Shown here: in pieces, positions 60,308 through 64,000 of the stretch | How positions within the stretch are numbered: position 1 is the first letter of the stretch | Layout: every line of letters begins with the position of its first letter | NCBI GenBank assembly: GCA_963696385.1 | Contig: CAVOKF010000005.1 | Span: 288,001-352,000 of the forward strand | Reading direction: 5' to 3' | Length of the DNA stretch: 64,000 bases | Source: an uncultured delta proteobacterium | Lineage (GTDB): Bacteria > Myxococcota_A > Polyangia > Polyangiales > Polyangiaceae | The notes under the pieces: generated by a model | What the model saw: the letters and a program-made list of their open reading frames with translations, nothing else | The model's database searches: none | What the model was told of the DNA's origin: nothing | Position numbers and translations under genes: made by a program

Positions 60308-61474
60308 TCAAGCCACCCTTCGGACGGCATCGATCACTCGCTGCTGCGATACGCGCCACGCTGGAATGGCGCCGGCGAGTCCGCCGAGGGTCGCCGCGAG
60401 CGAGATGGCGAGCAGTGCGTTTGCCGTCTCCAGCCGGAAGTACGGGAACAGCGATCCCATGTTCTCCTCGATGAACCGGCCCGCGCCGAAGTTGATGAAA
60501 GGCCAGGCGAACGCGATCCCCAGGATGCCCCCGAAGAGACCCATGACGAGCGACTCGCCGACGATCCAGAAGGCGATGTGCCGGGGCAAAAAGCCGACGG
60601 CCCGCAGCACGCCGTACTCGCCCGTTCGCTCGCGGACCCCCATGGCGATCGTGTTCCCGAGGATGAGCGTCATGATGATCAGAATGACCGCTGAAACGAT
60701 GTCCATCGCCTGGAGCACAGCGGAAAACATGGCGAGGAAGGACGAATTGAAGCTGTGCTCATCTTGCGACAGAGTGGGCGTGTCACGGTCCTCGAAACGC
60801 TTGTCCAATGCCGCGCCGATGTCGGCAACGTGCGCGGGATCGTCGACGCGGCTGACGATCCAGCCCACCGTATCGCGCCGGTCCGGCGGCAGCGCGTCGT
60901 TCAGGTAGTCCCAGTGAAAAATAAGCGTTGAGCGGTCGACCGACTTGGCAGCGGCGGCATAAATGCCGTCGATGGTGAACTGCCAATCGCCGGAGAAGAT
61001 GCCGCTCTCGAGCGCAATTCGATCGCCGACCTTCCACCCCAATTTCGTGGCCAACACGTCGCCCACGATCGCTCCCTGCCGATCGTGCTTCCACGTCTCC
61101 ATCGCTTGAGGAGCGACCCTCATCTCGTCGTAGACGTCGAAGTACGTCGTCGCATCGACCGCTAGCGTGCTGAAAAACTCGCGGTCGTGCTGCGGATCCT
61201 TGCCGCCGAACCAGTTCGCCCAGGTGACGGCCCGGACATGAGGAGTCTCTCGAACGAACTCGACGTAGCGCTTGGGCAGCGTCATGACGAACGTAACTTT
61301 GTGTCGAGTGACGATCCGGTCCTTGGCGGCCCATTCCGCGCTGCTGTGCCACGACCAGATCACCGTGCGAAGAAGCAGGAAGGCGACGATGGCGATCGCC
61401 ACGCCGGCGACGGTCAGCGTCAGCCGGAATTTGTTCCGTGCGAGATTGCGGACCGCGAGCGACGCAAACGTCAT
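60308..61474 (-). CDS. ABC transporter permease (FtsX/MacB-like)
   Basis: RNLARNKFR, RERTGEYGVLRAVGF, PAWRVS. Confidence 0.92.
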   Translation of the reverse strand: MTFASLAVRNLARNKFRLTLTVAGVAIAIVAFLLLRTVIWSWHSSAEWAAKDRIVTRHKVTFVMTLPKRYVEFVRETPHVRAVTWANWFGGKDPQHDREFFSTLAVDATTYFDVYDEMRVAPQAMETWKHDRQGAIVGDVLATKLGWKVGDRIALESGIFSGDWQFTIDGIYAAAAKSVDRSTLIFHWDYLNDALPPDRRDTVGWIVSRVDDPAHVADIGAALDKRFEDRDTPTLSQDEHSFNSSFLAMFSAVLQAMDIVSAVILIIMTLILGNTIAMGVRERTGEYGVLRAVGFLPRHIAFWIVGESLVMGLFGGILGIAFAWPFINFGAGRFIEENMGSLFPYFRLETANALLAISLAATLGGLAGAIPAWRVSQQRVIDAVRRVA

Positions 61475-62172
61475 GAGACGAGCTTCCCCTTGTCGAGGCG
61501 TCGTATGATCCGGGCGCGTTCCGCGGCCGCGGGGTCGTGCGTGACCATGAGGATCGTTTTGGACAGTTGCGTGTTGAGCTTCTCGATCAAGGTCAGAATC
61601 TCGTCGGCGCTCTTCCGGTCGAGATCGCCGGTCGGCTCGTCCGCGACGATGATCGTCGGGTCGTTCACGATGGCGCGCGCGATGGCTACCCGTTGCTCCT
61701 GCCCGCCGGAGAGCTGTCGCGGATAGTGCTCCACGCGGTCTTCCAAACCCACTACCCGAAGCGCCGTCTGGGCCCGCTTCCGGCGTTCGGTTCGGCCAAG
61801 GTGCGTGAGCAAAAGCGGCAGCTCGACGTTTTCGAGCGCCGTCAAGACCGGGAGCAAGTTGTACGACTGGAATACGAACCCAATCGTATTGGATCGCCAC
61901 TTGGCGAGCGCTCCCTCGCTCATCCCGTCCAGACGTCTGCCTGCGACTTCGACACCCCCCGACGAAGGGCGATCGAGGCCGGCGATCAAGTTGAGAAGCG
62001 TCGTCTTGCCCGAACCCGACGGGCCCATCAACGCCTCGTACGAACCGGCGGGTACGTCCAGGTCCAGCTCTTCGAGCACCTGCACCCTTTCGCTGCCGCG
62101 CTCATAGATCTTGGAAACGCCGCGAAGCCGAACGATCGGAGCCTGCGTCTCCCGCTTCTCTGAGTCCGTCAT
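61471..62172 (-). CDS. ABC transporter ATP-binding protein (LolD/MacB type)
   Basis: GPSGSGKT, LSGGQEQR, ADEPTG, VTHD. Confidence 0.95.
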   Translation of the reverse strand: MTDSEKRETQAPIVRLRGVSKIYERGSERVQVLEELDLDVPAGSYEALMGPSGSGKTTLLNLIAGLDRPSSGGVEVAGRRLDGMSEGALAKWRSNTIGFVFQSYNLLPVLTALENVELPLLLTHLGRTERRKRAQTALRVVGLEDRVEHYPRQLSGGQEQRVAIARAIVNDPTIIVADEPTGDLDRKSADEILTLIEKLNTQLSKTILMVTHDPAAAERARIIRRLDKGKLVS

Positions 62173-63407
62173 CCGGCGTTCCTCTCTTTGACGGCTTGAC
62201 CGTCGCGCAGTGTCGCGGGAGGGTCGCGGATGATTTTGGTCCCGGGCTCGGGACCGTCGAGGAGTTCGAAGCCGCCGGCGAACGGCGGACCGAGCCTGAC
62301 GGCGACCATGCGTACGCGGCCGGCGTCGAAAACATAGACCACCTTCGCGCCGTCGCGATTGGCGACGGCGGGACCCGGCACGATCTTCTTCGGGGGCTCG
62401 CTCAGGTGCTTGGGATCGAGCGCGGAGTTCAAAAAAGATACTCGAGCGGCCATTTCGGGCAAGACCGTATCGTCTCGGTCGAGAAATCGCACCTTGACTG
62501 TCGCCGACGCCTTGGCGCGGTTCAATTGCGGACTGATCTCGACGACTTCGCCTCGCCACCGCTTGTCGGGATACGCGTCGAGGATGATCTCGCACGGTCC
62601 GAGGTTGCGCACCAGATGAAGCCTTCCCTCGGGAACGTCGGTCTCGACCACAATCGATGCGAAGTCGGCGATCTTGGCCATGGAAGTCCCTGGCGTGACG
62701 ACGTCGCCTGGTTGCAGGGGCTTGGTGACGACCGTGCCGTCGATGGGTGCGCGGATCGTCGTGTTGGCGAGGTTCGTGGAGAGTGCGACGACCTCGGCTT
62801 CGGATGCGGTCACGTCGGCATCCGCGGCGTGCACCTGTTCCTCGAGCGATTGGGCGCGGGCGGCAAGATCGTCCGCGGTCGCGGGCGCGATCGCACCCGT
62901 ATTCGCTAGTCTGCGCTCCCGATCGCGCTGCAAGACGATCTCGGCGAGCTGAGCTCGGGCCGTCGTCGCGCGGGCACGGGCCGCGGCGACGCGGGCGCGC
63001 GAGCTGGCTACGGCCACCCGCTGATCGCTCGGGTCCAACTCGAAGATGATCTGGCCGGCCTTGACCCGCTTTCCTTCGGCCACGTTCACTCGGTCGACGC
63101 GACCGACCAGCTTCGAAGAGACATCGACCTCGACTTGCGGAACGACGTAACCGGTTGAGGTGAGCTCGATTTGCGTTTGAGCGGGCGATAGCAGAGTCAC
63201 CTCGGTGACAGTCACTTCAGTCTGGAAGACCGCAGCTTCCAATAGGGGGCCGCCGATGCGGACGATCAGCGCAACGGCAATGCCGAGCAAGATCGCCGCG
63301 AAGACCCAACGCCACGCCCGCGTCGACGCGGGTCGCGACGGCGGGGGTCGATGCGCGCCGCGATCGATACGGAGGGACGCGAGATCGGATGCGAGTCGGT
63401 CGTCCAT
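62169..63407 (-). CDS. Efflux membrane-fusion (periplasmic adaptor) protein
   Basis: N-terminal TM, TGYVVP, coiled coil, IRAPIDGTV, ETDVPE. Confidence 0.92.
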   Translation of the reverse strand: MDDRLASDLASLRIDRGAHRPPPSRPASTRAWRWVFAAILLGIAVALIVRIGGPLLEAAVFQTEVTVTEVTLLSPAQTQIELTSTGYVVPQVEVDVSSKLVGRVDRVNVAEGKRVKAGQIIFELDPSDQRVAVASSRARVAAARARATTARAQLAEIVLQRDRERRLANTGAIAPATADDLAARAQSLEEQVHAADADVTASEAEVVALSTNLANTTIRAPIDGTVVTKPLQPGDVVTPGTSMAKIADFASIVVETDVPEGRLHLVRNLGPCEIILDAYPDKRWRGEVVEISPQLNRAKASATVKVRFLDRDDTVLPEMAARVSFLNSALDPKHLSEPPKKIVPGPAVANRDGAKVVYVFDAGRVRMVAVRLGPPFAGGFELLDGPEPGTKIIRDPPATLRDGQAVKERNAG

Positions 63408-63424
63408 GGCCCTGACATCGGCTC

Positions 63425-64000
63425 TTAGGGCCGCGGGTCTCGCCAGGGCCTGCGTTCGAAACAGTCCTCGGGCAGCCGGCGGCGCGTGCGCGCCAGCCGC
63501 GTCTCGGCGATGAAGCGAGCAGTCACCGGATCGTGATAGCCGCTCGCGTCGGGAAGATCCCCACCTCCGCTTGGTGGTACCGGACGATCCGCGCCATGAG
63601 TAGGTCGCGCACCCACTTTCCGACGAGCGAAGCCATACTTACGAGCAGGTGATTGTCGTCGGCATCCCGAACGAAGGCGATGCGCCCGAGTCCCGGCAAA
63701 CAATATTCGCTTCGTGCGCGCCCTTGCTCCGCCACCGCGTGCAGCCGTCCATTCATAGGACCGAACGCGGCCGCGTACTGGTCGAAGCCACCCACCTTGC
63801 CACACGTCGCGACGACGTCGCGTTTGGCGCGCGCCCGTCCGTCGAGGAAAAGCCGCTCCATGGCGTGAAGGTCGACGTGAAACCGGTTGCGCCCGCGCCC
63901 GATTTCGTCGTTCAGCCGTCGGGTGCACGTGACGACGCATGCCACGTAAAGGACATCGATTCCCTGAGCGGCGAGTTTTGCGAGGTCCCGCTCGACGTCG
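63425..64000 (-). CDS. RNase HII-like protein, C-terminal part (starts outside window); frameshifted at 63559-63562
   Basis: ADDNHLLVSMASLVGKWVRD resembles RNase HII AD...AASILAKVxRD. The alternate frame continues ASGYHDPVT, similar to GSGYPxDPxT. Confidence 0.65.
   Translation of the reverse strand, partial: RRRAGPRKTRRSGNRCPLRGMRRHVHPTAERRNRARAQPVSRRPSRHGAAFPRRTGARQTRRRRDVWQGGWLRPVRGRVRSYEWTAARGGGARARTKRILFAGTRAHRLRSGCRRQSPARKYGFARRKVGARPTHGADRPVPPSGGGDLPDASGYHDPVTARFIAETRLARTRRRLPEDCFERRPWRDPRP

Noticed and set aside
1..64000. Prophage, IS, integron, retron, tRNA/rRNA or defence island
   Set aside because: No integrase, transposase, reverse transcriptase, cas or structural-RNA signature was recognised, and composition looks uniform by eye.

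Overview
High-GC window from a myxobacterium, probably Polyangiaceae/Sorangiineae-like. This is inferred from the Ser/Thr kinase + TPR/PEGA pairs, FHA-sigma54 activators, a TIGR04563-type small protein and a RecA1-like paralogue. It holds about 56 chromosomal genes: gnd, dusB, egtB, a Baeyer-Villiger monooxygenase, an octaheme cytochrome c, an Omp85-family protein, MFS/CDF/PiT/MacAB-like transporters, comM-recA, and a fimU-pilV-pilW-pilX-pilY1 minor-pilin operon. I recognised no rRNA, tRNA, CRISPR array or mobile element. The best lead is a set of near-identical sigma54-type (-24/-12) GGCACG-N4-T(T/C)GCT motifs upstream of comM, the RecA1-like gene and the minor-pilin operon, suggesting a sigma54-controlled DNA-uptake/recombination regulon. 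Other leads are a membrane-anchored, catalytically dead sigma54-activator homologue next to an ABC ATPase lacking the Walker A lysine, a structured intergenic RNA candidate, a degenerate tandem repeat at the pilX-pilY1 junction, and an unannotated 54-aa membrane protein. Three genes carry single-base homopolymer frameshifts that are most likely assembly errors. All family assignments come from reading motifs by eye; no database search was run.
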